A stretch of 64,000 nt of DNA from Clostridia bacterium (GTDB lineage: Bacteria; Bacillota; Clostridia; TANB77; CAG-508): the NCBI GenBank assembly GCA_017533795.1, contig JAFWIH010000020.1, forward strand, positions 9,335 to 73,334. The letters are read 5' to 3'. Shown in pieces: positions 1 through 10,681 of the stretch. The notes below the pieces were generated by a model, which did no database searches, was not told the origin of the DNA, and saw nothing but the letters and a program-made list of their open reading frames with translations. Every line of letters starts with the position of its first letter. Position 1 is the stretch's first letter. The position numbers were made by a program, and so were the translations under genes.

Positions 1-147
1 AACAATTGCTATTATAAGAAGTATCCCACTTATTAACCAAAAAGTAGAAAAAGATAATTGTAATTTTTTATTCTTTATTTCTTTTATTATTAATAATATG
101 TATATAAAAGCCATTATTGCTAATGCTATTTTTAAATTTATTGTCAT
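1..147 (-). CDS. Partial CDS (continues beyond window start): small hydrophobic membrane protein beginning MTINLKIALAIMAFIYILLIIKEIKNKKLQLSFSTFWLISGILLIIAIV. Possibly a GtrA/DUF2304-like small membrane partner of a GtrB-type glycosyltransferase.
   Basis: Manual reverse-complement translation. ATG at 147-145 overlaps the TGA stop of the upstream GT2 gene (ATGA), with GGAGG 8 nt upstream. It is absent from the ORF track because it is truncated by the window edge. Confidence 0.35.
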   Translation of the reverse strand, partial: MTINLKIALAIMAFIYILLIIKEIKNKKLQLSFSTFWLISGILLIIAIV

Positions 148-869
148 TTTCTTTTCCTCCTTTTTAAGTTTATACTATCTATTATTACTGCCATGCTTAC
201 TTTAAACATATAATCAACACTTTTCCAAACACTTATAGAAGATTTTCCTCCTACTCTTTCATTCATACTTACAGGAAGTTCTTTTACTTTATATCCATTT
301 AGCAATACTGCAACTGTTGATTCTGGTTCTGGATACTCTGTTGGATAACTCTTTGCAAACATTTCAATTATTATTTTACTAGCTGCTCTAAATCCAGATG
401 TTGGATCTGTTATTTTTTGCTTGCAACAAATATTTATCATTACTGATATAATGTTTTTTCCTAATCTTCTCATAAAGGTAGATTGAAACTTACTTTCTTT
501 TTTATCTAGATAACGTGTTCCAATACACATATCCGCTTCGCCTTCTATTATTGGCCTGCAAATCTTCTCTACATAACTTATATCATGTTGTCCATCGCCG
601 TCAAATTGAACTGCTATATCATAATTGTTTTCATATGCATATTTATATCCAGTTTGTACAGCTCCACCAATTCCTAAATTGTGAATTAAGTTAATATGAT
701 TTATATTATTTTCGCGCAATATTTTTAAAGTATTGTCTTTTGAACCGTCATTTATAACTACATAGTCAAGGTTAAATTCATTTTTGCTATTGTATTCATT
801 TATTTTATTATATACTTTTAATATATTTTCTTCTTCATTATATGCAGGTATTATTAGTATTACTTTCAT
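144..869 (-). CDS. Glycosyltransferase family 2, polyprenyl-phosphate sugar transferase type (GtrB/CsbB-like catalytic domain). It lacks the C-terminal TM anchor.
   Basis: N-terminus MKVILIIPAYNEEENI, DxD-like VINDGSKDNT and the FDGDGQHD motif are typical of GT2 (GT-A fold) Dpm1/GtrB-like enzymes. Confidence 0.8.
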   Translation of the reverse strand: MKVILIIPAYNEEENILKVYNKINEYNSKNEFNLDYVVINDGSKDNTLKILRENNINHINLIHNLGIGGAVQTGYKYAYENNYDIAVQFDGDGQHDISYVEKICRPIIEGEADMCIGTRYLDKKESKFQSTFMRRLGKNIISVMINICCKQKITDPTSGFRAASKIIIEMFAKSYPTEYPEPESTVAVLLNGYKVKELPVSMNERVGGKSSISVWKSVDYMFKVSMAVIIDSINLKRRKRK

Positions 870-881
870 TGTTTGTCTCCT

Positions 882-2999
882 TTAATAATTAACTTTGTAT
901 ATCATGCAGCCTTGTTCATCATATAATTTTTCAAAATGCACATTTTGTGTATCAAATTCTTCCAACTTTCTTGTTGCAACAATATATTTTATTTTTAATT
1001 CTTTAACTTTTTCTGGCGTTAAATAAACTTTTATACTATCTTCAAATAGTAATTCTATTTTATTTTGTGTTTTGTTTATTGTCATAGTTATATGAGCATA
1101 TCTATTAAATATTTTTTTGTTTTCCGGTTTGCTATATTCTTCGTCTCCTAGAATTATTTTATACAATTCAAAATTAGGATATATATTAGTTGAATTTATC
1201 ACCTTTGCTCCACTAGCAAGTGGGTAATTTGGCATGTAAAAAAATGTGTTTTCTGTAATCCATAAATTGTTTTCTGGATCTTCATTTACAATTTTTTGTA
1301 TTTGTTTAGCTAATGGTTTATCAGTTAATACTGATATTCCTTTTTGTATTGGATTTACTGTTGCTCCTGTAACTACTGACATACATATTAATCCCATTAT
1401 TAAAACATTTTTGTTTTGAGTACTATTCATAGTAAATATTAAATACATAAATACTACAAGTATTATTCCACAAGCATAAGAACGTATTGGTGTTAATAAT
1501 CCTATAGGTGCTGTTTTTGAAGCTACAATAAAGATTAATGAACTTACAATTATAGCTGTTATTATTGATACTACTTTGTTCATTATCTTGCTTTCTTTAT
1601 TTGTTATGCTCATTAAATATATAAGTAGAAGTATTTGTATAAATCCTAATGGTACTGCAAGTCTTGGCCCTGTAGACATATATAAAAATGTAAGCTTTGC
1701 AAAAATTCTATTAGTTTTAAACATTGTAAATGCTGAAAAAGCAATTGACAATATCAATAGTGGTATAAAAAATTTAAAATGCTCTTTTCTATCCTTGTTT
1801 CTTATTAAATATATCACCGAAAGTATCATAGGTATTGGATAAAATGATATCATACCTGCAAGTTCACAGGGATTATCTATGTCGTAATATGGAAATAAAA
1901 AGCTGTAAACATATGAGAACAGAATTTTTAATCCTCCACCGCCTATTTCAAATCTTTCGCCTGGATAGTCCGTATTCATTGTTGCTAAAAGAGCATCTGA
2001 AGACATTTTTAAAAATCTTATTCCCATTCCTACTATAGCCAGTATTACAATCAGTATTATAAGAATATCTTTTTTCCCAATCTTGTATACTTTCTTGTTT
2101 TTAATACATAAAAATATAAATAGTGCAAAATATATCCATATAAATGGAATTTGCCATGCAGGATACATTCTAAATACATAAGATATCACACTTATAAATA
2201 ATCCTATAGCACATATAATCTTGTTTTTTAGTTTATCCGTCTTTAGGTATTGGTCTAAAAGCAGCAGTGCTAACATCCCCCACATCATTAAGTCTGTTTC
2301 GTTCCACCATTGAGTTGCTGCAGAAAAAACAATTAGTAGTGTTCCACATAAAGATAACAATTTCTTTTTTTCTGTAAGTAACATAAAGAATTCAAAAGAA
2401 ACTAATGTTAGTGCTATCCATTTTCCATACCAGATAATAGAAAGTCCTTTTGCAGCTCCAAATAGTAAAAACCCTATATTAAATGGTTTTCCAAGTATAA
2501 GAATATCCTTTACAGCAGGAGCTACTACACAATACATATCGGTTAAGCTTCCTCTTAAATTATCATTGTAATATCCAAATTTATTGTCTTTGCTAACTGC
2601 TTGTGATACAAAAATTGGTGTATTAACACTCCATTCATCTGATCTTATACTTCTGTATCTACCAAGTATTGGTAAAAAATTTTTTTCTCTTGATTCACCT
2701 TGTATTATATCATTATATATTCCAATTGATGACCCTGAATATTCTAGCAATGTAACTATAATTAAGCAAATTCCAGCAATATAAAACCTATTTTTATATA
2801 TAAACTCATACAAATCTTTGAGTTTATATATAAAGTGTAGTCCAATAAAGAAAAATACTACTCCAAAGATTGGTACTCTATCCAAAATAAAGCCTCTTCT
2901 TGCGACAATAGTTAAAGCAAATGCAGCAATAATGGATATTACTGCTAATACTGCAACTTTTATTTTTGTAGCTTGTCCTTTTTTTAGAAATTCTTTCAT
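882..2999 (-). CDS. Large polytopic membrane protein, YfhO-like (GT-C superfamily) glycopolymer glycosyltransferase candidate.
   Basis: 705 aa. Hydrophobic segments run through residues ~1-540, followed by a ~160-aa soluble C-terminal domain. It is flanked on both sides by GtrB/CsbB-like GT2 genes. The CsbB-YfhO pairing is an established arrangement for teichoic-acid glycosylation. Confidence 0.5.
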   Translation of the reverse strand: MKEFLKKGQATKIKVAVLAVISIIAAFALTIVARRGFILDRVPIFGVVFFFIGLHFIYKLKDLYEFIYKNRFYIAGICLIIVTLLEYSGSSIGIYNDIIQGESREKNFLPILGRYRSIRSDEWSVNTPIFVSQAVSKDNKFGYYNDNLRGSLTDMYCVVAPAVKDILILGKPFNIGFLLFGAAKGLSIIWYGKWIALTLVSFEFFMLLTEKKKLLSLCGTLLIVFSAATQWWNETDLMMWGMLALLLLDQYLKTDKLKNKIICAIGLFISVISYVFRMYPAWQIPFIWIYFALFIFLCIKNKKVYKIGKKDILIILIVILAIVGMGIRFLKMSSDALLATMNTDYPGERFEIGGGGLKILFSYVYSFLFPYYDIDNPCELAGMISFYPIPMILSVIYLIRNKDRKEHFKFFIPLLILSIAFSAFTMFKTNRIFAKLTFLYMSTGPRLAVPLGFIQILLLIYLMSITNKESKIMNKVVSIITAIIVSSLIFIVASKTAPIGLLTPIRSYACGIILVVFMYLIFTMNSTQNKNVLIMGLICMSVVTGATVNPIQKGISVLTDKPLAKQIQKIVNEDPENNLWITENTFFYMPNYPLASGAKVINSTNIYPNFELYKIILGDEEYSKPENKKIFNRYAHITMTINKTQNKIELLFEDSIKVYLTPEKVKELKIKYIVATRKLEEFDTQNVHFEKLYDEQGCMIYKVNY

Positions 3000-3001
3000 T
3001 T

Positions 3002-3934
3002 TTATTTCCCTTCTTCGTTTTGTTTGTATCTTAATAAACTTAATTGATAATTTTCTTTATTTATTTTAACAACTGTATCTAAAATAACACCGCATTGCCC
3101 TATAATAACAGATAATGTTATTAATCCCATTGCAAGAATTGCTGAAGGTACTTTTGTTATATATCTTGTTTTAATAAATTCAATTATTACTGGAGCTCCT
3201 ATTATTAATCCAATTAAAAATATTATAATTGCCATGTAAGTAAAGAATCTTAATGGTCTATAGTCTTTATACATTTTAACTATTGTTTTTACAACTTTTA
3301 TTCCATCACTTACAGTATTTAATTTTGACTCGCTTCCTTCTGGTCTGTCTCTGTAGTCAATTGGAACCTCTTTTATTATAAATCCTTTATCTAATGCATA
3401 AAGTGACATTTCTGTTTCAATTTCAAACTTTGGGCTCATAACAGGCATATTTTTTACAAATTTTTTATTAAACACTCTATATCCTGTCATTATATCTTTT
3501 AAATCTGTTTTAAATAGTATGTTTATTGCTTTTTTTACTAAATTATTTCCGAATTCATGAAATGGCCTTTTGTTTTCTTGTTGATATGTACCATTAGAAA
3601 GTCTGTCTCCTATACACATATCTGCTTGCCCTTCTTCTACTGGTTTAATTAATTTGTGAACAAATTCAGCAGGATAAGTGTCATCTCCATCAACCATAAT
3701 ATAAATATCTGCATCTATATCATAGAACATGCTTCTAACAACATTTCCTTTGCCTTGTTTATACTCCTGTCTTACAATTGCACCATTATTTTTTGCAATT
3801 TCTGCTGTTTTATCTTTTGATTTATTATCATAAACATATATATCTGCTTCTGGCAATTCTTTTTTAAAATCTTTAATTACCTTTTCAATTGTTTGTTCTT
3901 CATTATAGCATGGTATTAATACAGCTGTTTTCAT
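3002..3934 (-). CDS. GtrB-like bactoprenol/undecaprenyl-phosphate glycosyltransferase (GT2 domain plus two C-terminal TM helices).
   Basis: MKTAVLIPCYNEEQTI, VYDNKSKDKT, MVDGDDTYP, and the C-terminal TM pair FFTYMAIIIFLIGLIIGAPVII...LAMGLITLSVIIGQCGVIL. Confidence 0.8.
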   Translation of the reverse strand: MKTAVLIPCYNEEQTIEKVIKDFKKELPEADIYVYDNKSKDKTAEIAKNNGAIVRQEYKQGKGNVVRSMFYDIDADIYIMVDGDDTYPAEFVHKLIKPVEEGQADMCIGDRLSNGTYQQENKRPFHEFGNNLVKKAINILFKTDLKDIMTGYRVFNKKFVKNMPVMSPKFEIETEMSLYALDKGFIIKEVPIDYRDRPEGSESKLNTVSDGIKVVKTIVKMYKDYRPLRFFTYMAIIIFLIGLIIGAPVIIEFIKTRYITKVPSAILAMGLITLSVIIGQCGVILDTVVKINKENYQLSLLRYKQNEEGK

Positions 3935-3953
3935 ATATATTCTTCCTTTCCTT

Positions 3954-5489
3954 TTAATAATATCCTACCATTATTATTATAGTTATTATATTAATTATTA
4001 GATAAGTAAAAAAGTATTTTGTTTCTATATTTTTTATTTCTAAATTTTTTTCTTTTCTTGTTAGTGCTAATAATGCAATTATAAAAATTGGTATAAAGTA
4101 TCTTCCTTGTACTCCTGCTACTTTATCATAGTAGAGTGGAGACCATGTTAGGTATAGTCCTGTTAATACCAATAGTACTAGTCCTATAGAAATTATCAGC
4201 ATTAATATTTTCTGCCATTTTTTTGTTATTAATGTATTTTTCTCAGTGAATACTAATAAAAACAATCCTACTAGCATAATAAGAATATATATTTGAGGAA
4301 TTTCTATATGCGCGGAATGTCCTAGGTGTATTCCCACAAATTCGAATAAATAAAAAGCCCCATATATATCAAATGTTTTATGTAGTGTTTGTAAATATGT
4401 AACTGGTTTTTGCATAATAAATTTTGCTTGTTCTATTGGTCTAACATTTGCTTCTTTTATGTATTTTCTTACGTCTACATAATTTTGTGTAAATATAAAC
4501 CACCCTACTGAAGAAACTATTGATATTAGTATTGAAACAATTATCAATACATTTCTTTTTTTCTTATTAAGGTTTTTGTTATTTATTAGTAACACACTTA
4601 AGAATGTTATTGGAAAATATACGTATTTGCATAATGCTGTCACAGTTGCGAATATTACATATGTTACAATTTGTCTTATCTTCAAGTCTTCATCCTGATT
4701 TAACAGTTTTAAATTATAAACAATAAACAGTATTGATAAATTGTTAATTACCGCATCAGCCGATAGTGAAGTTGCCTGCTGAATAATCATTGGCATAAAC
4801 ATATATATTGCTAAAATCAATTTTCCAAATGGTATTTTTTTTATACAGAAATATCCAACTAAAATAAATAATATAAAATTAATTATTTTTATTATGTATG
4901 CGGCCAATACAAAGTTTATATTCATTAGTCTTGCCATTGCAAAAACAATTCCACCAGGTATGTAGTTTATTGCAAAATATGTTTTAAATATTGTTTGTGC
5001 AGGAATTAGATTATTATAGTTAGTTTCTTTTTGTAAACTTTCGTGTATTTTTGAATATGTAAGTTCTTCTGAAACTGCTAAATCATAAGTTTCTTGAGGT
5101 ACATATATATCTCCTTCTTTTTTGTCTCCAAATGGTGTAATAATGTTACCTTGTGACAAATCATATGCTCTAAACAAATGACCAGCTTCATCAGGTGTAC
5201 AATATGGTGGCACTAGTATTACAAAAAGTGCTCCAACAGGTATTATAAAAGTTGCAAAAAGTTTTTCTATTTTATGTTTATATTTTATTTTATTTATAAT
5301 AATAATTGTTAATGAAGCTATTCCAGATAGTATTGCTACTAATAAATTTGGTTTTGAAATATAGTTTGAGTCCTCATATTTATACATTATTCTAAAGATG
5401 CTTATTGCTAATATTATACATATTATAAATTCTAAAACAAATACTACCTTGTTATAAATTTTGCTTTTAGTTTCTTTGCTAATTTCCAT
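3954..5489 (-). CDS. Polytopic membrane protein, probable GT-C-fold glycosyltransferase (ArnT/PMT/DUF2142-like), partnered with the upstream GtrB-like enzyme.
   Basis: 511 aa with TM segments throughout. A conserved-looking acidic loop motif CTPDEAGH follows the first TM cluster. It lies immediately downstream of a GtrB-like GT2 gene. It overlaps the upstream gene by 46 nt, so the true start could be at an internal Met. Confidence 0.45.
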   Translation of the reverse strand: MEISKETKSKIYNKVVFVLEFIICIILAISIFRIMYKYEDSNYISKPNLLVAILSGIASLTIIIINKIKYKHKIEKLFATFIIPVGALFVILVPPYCTPDEAGHLFRAYDLSQGNIITPFGDKKEGDIYVPQETYDLAVSEELTYSKIHESLQKETNYNNLIPAQTIFKTYFAINYIPGGIVFAMARLMNINFVLAAYIIKIINFILFILVGYFCIKKIPFGKLILAIYMFMPMIIQQATSLSADAVINNLSILFIVYNLKLLNQDEDLKIRQIVTYVIFATVTALCKYVYFPITFLSVLLINNKNLNKKKRNVLIIVSILISIVSSVGWFIFTQNYVDVRKYIKEANVRPIEQAKFIMQKPVTYLQTLHKTFDIYGAFYLFEFVGIHLGHSAHIEIPQIYILIMLVGLFLLVFTEKNTLITKKWQKILMLIISIGLVLLVLTGLYLTWSPLYYDKVAGVQGRYFIPIFIIALLALTRKEKNLEIKNIETKYFFTYLIINIITIIIMVGYY

Positions 5490-7681
5490 AGTTTGGTGCC
5501 CCTTATTTTTTCATATTTATGTATTACGTGTCCATATTCAGCTTGATACATATTAAATTCCGCTTCTTTTATTTTGGCTCTATAATTCATAAAGCTATAC
5601 ATATCTGCATTTCTTAATCCTTCTTTTTCTATATTTATTGTGTCATACAAATTTTCATAATAGTTTTGCATTTCTTCTGTTGTTTTAAATGTATAATTTT
5701 TAAAATTATCTTTTTTGCTCTTATATTCTTCTTTATTATTTTTTATTTCGATTATCTTTGCTAAAATTTCTTCTGCTGAGGAATTTAAATCTATTGTCCA
5801 GCCTAATCCATCTTTTGCAATTCTATCTCCTACAGCTCCAATATCAAATGAAATAACAGGAACTTTTGCCATATAACTTTCAGTTAATGTGTATGAATAT
5901 GTTTCAGGCCATGTAGCAAATATACATACTAAATCTATATTATTATCTATAAGTAATTGTGGAAGTTCCCCTCGTTTGTATGGTCCATGGTTTATATAAT
6001 TTGATTTTGATTTTGCTAATTCTTTATCATTTGGCTTGCCAAATAAATGAATTCTTATATTTTTACCATTGCTCTTTTTTATTAGTTCTTTTAAAATATT
6101 ACTTCCTTTATGTACTGCCATTGCTCCCACAAATGCTATATTAAAGTTTTCAAGAACAAGTGCATTTTCTGGTACCTTTGTTTTTATTATTTCTACCCCA
6201 TGTTCTACAACTTCTATTTGTAAATCTTTATATACATTGTTAAATAATTTTTTTGTATTTTCAGATGGAACAATAATTTTATCAAATTTTTCTAAAACCA
6301 TTTTACATGTTTTTTGCCAGTTTGCTAAAATGTTGCTATTTACTCCATAACGCATTTTTAAACATTTTGCACAATCTTTTGTTTCATCTTTTTCGCAGTA
6401 TTTTTCCTTATATACCATATTTATTGATGGGCATATCATATATAAATCATGTAATGTTACAATTGAATATATATTTCTTTCTTTTGCTACATCTATGCTA
6501 TCAAATGTTTGGAACAAGAAATGATGTACATGTAAAATATCTATTTTAAAACTATCAAAGATATTTTCCAACATTTCTTTATATGTATTGTTTGTATAAT
6601 TTATTTGTCCATAATTATTAATGTCTGTTTTGTAGTCCGCAATAGCTCTAGCATATTCTTCTGAATATAAATATAATTTAAATCTAGATAAATCACCTTT
6701 GTCTGGAGCTAGAACAAAACTTGCAATATTATTTTTCAAGTTAGATTCTATTATGTCTTTTATATTAAGAGAAGTTCCTCCAGTCATTTCCATGTTTTCT
6801 TCCCATTCATTTACTAAATATAATATTCTCTTTTTATTATACAATACTGTATTTAATTTTACATTTTCTTGTATGTCTCTTATAGGGTTAAGTGCAATAA
6901 AATTGTCTGTTTTTTGAGTATAAATCGGATGCTTTTTTCTAAGTAGCTTCATGTGCTCGTCTATTATCATTGCACGTGACTCTGTTAAGTTTTCTTTTTT
7001 AAAACTTTGTGTTCCTTTATGGTAAATAAATGTATTATCACACAAAACATGTGTATATCCATGGTCTAAAGCTCTGTAGCAAAAATCATTTTCCTCGCCA
7101 TACCCCTTTTCAAATGTTTTGTCATCAAACAGACCTATTTCATCTATTACATGTCGTTTTATATAAATACAAAAACCGTTTCCTGTAGTTAGTTCTGGAT
7201 ATCTATTTTTAGATATTTCTTCTATCATTTCTGCATACTTGTCCAAGCTCATGTTTTTAGGTAGCTCATTATCTACCCCAAAGTTTGGCACAGAGCATAT
7301 AGTACCGTTGTTTGTAAGAGGGGTTGCTGTTGCTATGTATTCATTAGAATAGCTACAAGCTTGTAACTTTTCTACCCAATTATTTGTTACCTCTGTATCA
7401 CTATTTAATAAAATAACATCATTTTTAGAATATTGCATACCCCTATTTACAGTTTTTACAAATCCCATGTTTTCTTCATTTTTTAGCACTACAATATTTT
7501 TATCTTGATTTTCATTTTTATATTTTTGTAGCATAGGTAAAATATTTTCGTCTGGACTTTTATCGTTTATTAAAACAAGTGTATGAGCTTGTAAATCAGT
7601 ATGCTTTAATAAACTTTTTATACACTCTTCTGTATATTCATATGCATTATATATAGGCACTACTATATCTACACTTTTCAT
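5444..7681 (-). CDS. Bifunctional glycosyltransferase: N-terminal GT2 (GT-A) domain plus C-terminal GT1/GT4-like (GT-B) domain.
   Basis: N-terminus SVDIVVPIYNAYEYTEECIKSLLKHT...LVLINDKSPDEN (GT2). C-terminal half FNIAFVGAMAVHKGSNILKELI...IRIHLFGK...GELPQLL (GT4-like). Confidence 0.7.
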   Translation of the reverse strand: MKSVDIVVPIYNAYEYTEECIKSLLKHTDLQAHTLVLINDKSPDENILPMLQKYKNENQDKNIVVLKNEENMGFVKTVNRGMQYSKNDVILLNSDTEVTNNWVEKLQACSYSNEYIATATPLTNNGTICSVPNFGVDNELPKNMSLDKYAEMIEEISKNRYPELTTGNGFCIYIKRHVIDEIGLFDDKTFEKGYGEENDFCYRALDHGYTHVLCDNTFIYHKGTQSFKKENLTESRAMIIDEHMKLLRKKHPIYTQKTDNFIALNPIRDIQENVKLNTVLYNKKRILYLVNEWEENMEMTGGTSLNIKDIIESNLKNNIASFVLAPDKGDLSRFKLYLYSEEYARAIADYKTDINNYGQINYTNNTYKEMLENIFDSFKIDILHVHHFLFQTFDSIDVAKERNIYSIVTLHDLYMICPSINMVYKEKYCEKDETKDCAKCLKMRYGVNSNILANWQKTCKMVLEKFDKIIVPSENTKKLFNNVYKDLQIEVVEHGVEIIKTKVPENALVLENFNIAFVGAMAVHKGSNILKELIKKSNGKNIRIHLFGKPNDKELAKSKSNYINHGPYKRGELPQLLIDNNIDLVCIFATWPETYSYTLTESYMAKVPVISFDIGAVGDRIAKDGLGWTIDLNSSAEEILAKIIEIKNNKEEYKSKKDNFKNYTFKTTEEMQNYYENLYDTINIEKEGLRNADMYSFMNYRAKIKEAEFNMYQAEYGHVIHKYEKIRGTKLWKLAKKLKAKFITR

Positions 7682-7710
7682 ATCTAATTCCTTTCCAACT
7701 ATCTTTTCTT

Positions 7711-9408
7711 CTAAATGTTTATTGCTAAGTTTGTATTGTTTTTACTTAAGTTTGGACTAAAATATGCATCTCCTTTTTTGTATGCTTTGTTCCATTTTTC
7801 TTGTAATTGTTCTTCTTCTGTTTTTTCTTTTTCTATGTCATTTAGTTTTTCTACACAAATTGAAACAAGTGGATTTAATACTACTTGTTTTTCATTGGAA
7901 AGTATTCGTAAGCACATGTCAATACTTGTATTTAACCCTGTAAACTCACCATTAAATTTTCCTATTTGTATAAATAATTGTTTTTTTATCATTGAATATT
8001 TTGTATATACACAAGATACATTATGTATAATTAATAGTCTTTGCATATATGTTCCTGCATTTTTTGGTACACCTTTATATAATAAATCTCCTGTCCCGTT
8101 CATTCCAAGTATTATTCCACAATGCTCAATATTATCATGTTTATTATATAGTTTAGTTCCAACTATTCCTACATTTTTGTCTTGGCAAATACCTACTAAT
8201 TCTTCTATGTATGTTGGCTTGTCTATTCTTATTAAGTTACTATCTACTATCATAAAGTATTCCCCTGTTGCTTGTTCAACAGCCATATTATAATCATTAA
8301 TATGATTTTCTGTTTGAGGTATTTTTATAATATTTATATCTTGCATTGATTCGTTTGTAATTGCTATTATTTCGTAATTCTTATATATTGATATTTTTAT
8401 TGCATCTATTAGTTTTTGAATATTTCTAGCATTTCTTCCATCAATAATAATACTTACTTTCGGATTATCTTTAACACTATATTTTACTTCATAGCTTCCC
8501 GGGGTAAGTCCATCTTCTACTTTTATGTCTGTGTCTAAACTTCTTTTTACATGATCTTTTATTACTTGCTTTCCAATTTCATATGCATAAGGTTTTGAAT
8601 CTGCATTTCCTGCTGTTGAATTTTGATGTACTCTCCAATGATAAAGAATTTTTGCTATGTGTTCAATTTTGTCTGTATTTTCTGATGCTCTTGCAACTAT
8701 ATCCCAGTCTTGGCTTCCATCATATTTGCTGTTAAACCCATTTATTTTTTCTATTAGTTCTTTTTTAAAAACACTAAAATGGCAAATATAATTTGCGCTA
8801 TTTAATGTATAAGGTGAAAAGTCTGGTTTGAAAAAAGCTCCATATCTTGGGCCCTTTATAGTTTCAATTTTATCTTCATCTGAATAAATAAATTCTACAT
8901 CTGGATGTTCATTTATACATTTTACAACTTCAAAAAGTGAAAATGCTGGTAATAAGTCGTCATGATCAAGCAAGCCAATGAAATCCCCTGTAGCTAAACT
9001 TAAAGCTTCATTAGTGTTGCCTGAAATTCCTTTGTTTTCACCAATTTCTTTATATTTTATTCTTTCGTCTTCCATTGCATATTGTTTCATATAGTCTATT
9101 GGTTTTGGCGAACCATCTGCTAAGCATAATTCCCAATTAGAATATGTTTGATTTTTAAGGCTTTGTATTAATTCGTCAAAAAAGTTTTGGGGCGTATTGT
9201 ACACTGGAACAATAATACTTATTTTAGGGTTAATTGTAAATTCATGATTTCTTTGTTCATCAAGCTCTTTTATAGTTGGTTCATTATTTTTAATCCATCT
9301 TAAATATTTTCTTTCTTCAGTATTATATTTTCCAAATAATCTACTATATATTTTTTTAACAATTTCTCTTCTTTTTGAATTTTGCGGCAATAGTCTTTCA
9401 AATCTCAT
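7711..9408 (-). CDS. Glycosyltransferase family 2, apparently with two tandem GT-A domains.
   Basis: ISIIVPVYNTPQNFFDELIQSLKNQTYSNWELCLADGS...LLDHDDLL in the first domain. A second block VSIIIDGRNA...IVDSNLI appears later. Confidence 0.7.
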   Translation of the reverse strand: MRFERLLPQNSKRREIVKKIYSRLFGKYNTEERKYLRWIKNNEPTIKELDEQRNHEFTINPKISIIVPVYNTPQNFFDELIQSLKNQTYSNWELCLADGSPKPIDYMKQYAMEDERIKYKEIGENKGISGNTNEALSLATGDFIGLLDHDDLLPAFSLFEVVKCINEHPDVEFIYSDEDKIETIKGPRYGAFFKPDFSPYTLNSANYICHFSVFKKELIEKINGFNSKYDGSQDWDIVARASENTDKIEHIAKILYHWRVHQNSTAGNADSKPYAYEIGKQVIKDHVKRSLDTDIKVEDGLTPGSYEVKYSVKDNPKVSIIIDGRNARNIQKLIDAIKISIYKNYEIIAITNESMQDINIIKIPQTENHINDYNMAVEQATGEYFMIVDSNLIRIDKPTYIEELVGICQDKNVGIVGTKLYNKHDNIEHCGIILGMNGTGDLLYKGVPKNAGTYMQRLLIIHNVSCVYTKYSMIKKQLFIQIGKFNGEFTGLNTSIDMCLRILSNEKQVVLNPLVSICVEKLNDIEKEKTEEEQLQEKWNKAYKKGDAYFSPNLSKNNTNLAINI

Positions 9409-9417
9409 TGTTGTCTT

Positions 9418-10668
9418 TTATTGCTCCTTTCTCTTTTTTAGTCGTTTTAATGCTCTAATACATTTTCCTGAAATTGACTTTTTATATTCATGAAGCTCTT
9501 TTTCATGTCTTTTTATTATTTCTCCTTGTGTTTTTATTAGCTCATCCTTTTCAACCATGGCATTTCGTAATTCTTCTTCAATTGTTGTTAATCTTTTTAT
9601 CTCTGTATACAAATTGTGTCTTTCTATTCTTAAAATATCTTCATATTTTTCAATTAAATACTTAGCCATCCCTTTTGATATTAAAGCTTCTCTTTTATTT
9701 ATATATTTTTTTCGAATTGTTTCCAAATCTACGTCCGGTTTGTTATTAATAATTTCTAAAATCTTGTCAATGTTGTTTTCAAAGCAAAAATGTTCATATG
9801 CATATTTTTTTATTTCTGGAGTTACTTGTAGTGCATTCTCAAAGTTATTTACAATTTCTTTACAAATTTCTTCTGCGTTCTTTTTATTAAATCCTCTTCC
9901 AGAAAAGTTTTTACTTCTATTTTTTTCAAGATTTTCTAATGTTAAATATCCTTCCCCTCCATGTATATCATAAACATACATAGGAATTTGCAAGCTCATT
10001 GCGTATTGTACTGTTTTTCCAATGCTTATTATAACATCATATTTTTTTAGAATTTCATCATTTATTAATTCTTTTTTCCCTTTTAAGCCATATATTTCTA
10101 CATTATATCCTTGTTCTTCTAACATACATTTGGCTTGCATTATTTCTTCCGGAACATGATTAGATACTATTGCAATATTTTTTAGTCCTTTTACTTCATT
10201 TACTTCTTCAAAATAACTTTTAAAAGAATAGTTTTCTAAAACATATACGTCATTTATTCCTTCCTTTATTAATGCTTCTTTTGTTTCTTCCGAATTTGCT
10301 AAAACTAAACTTAAATCATTTGCATATTCAGGTACAAATTCAAATGTAACTACTCCTGAAAGTGAACTTACTACAATTTTTTTTGCCTTTATTTTATATT
10401 CAAATATCAACCAATTTAATAAAAATGAATGATGTGCCCAAACAATGTCAAACTCAATGTTTGAGAAATCAAAGTCATCTTTTTTAGCATCTATTATTTC
10501 ATCAAAACAATCTTTTACTTCACTATAGATTGGGTCATCAAAATACATAGCAAGCATATAAACTTTATATCCTAAATCTTTAAATCTTTTTGCAATTGTT
10601 GCAGCATTTATTTCTGATCCTGTAAATTGTCTCATTTCAAAATTTGTAACTAAAACATTTTTCTGCAT
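9418..10668 (-). CDS. Hypothetical cytoplasmic protein inside the glycopolymer operon. It may carry a GT-B-like domain, and its C-terminus is a basic coiled-coil segment.
   Basis: 416 aa with no TM segment and no recognised catalytic motif. Placement between GT2 and ABC transporter genes suggests a pathway role. Confidence 0.35.
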   Translation of the reverse strand: MQKNVLVTNFEMRQFTGSEINAATIAKRFKDLGYKVYMLAMYFDDPIYSEVKDCFDEIIDAKKDDFDFSNIEFDIVWAHHSFLLNWLIFEYKIKAKKIVVSSLSGVVTFEFVPEYANDLSLVLANSEETKEALIKEGINDVYVLENYSFKSYFEEVNEVKGLKNIAIVSNHVPEEIMQAKCMLEEQGYNVEIYGLKGKKELINDEILKKYDVIISIGKTVQYAMSLQIPMYVYDIHGGEGYLTLENLEKNRSKNFSGRGFNKKNAEEICKEIVNNFENALQVTPEIKKYAYEHFCFENNIDKILEIINNKPDVDLETIRKKYINKREALISKGMAKYLIEKYEDILRIERHNLYTEIKRLTTIEEELRNAMVEKDELIKTQGEIIKRHEKELHEYKKSISGKCIRALKRLKKRKEQ

Positions 10669-10681
10669 TTGAAATTCTCCT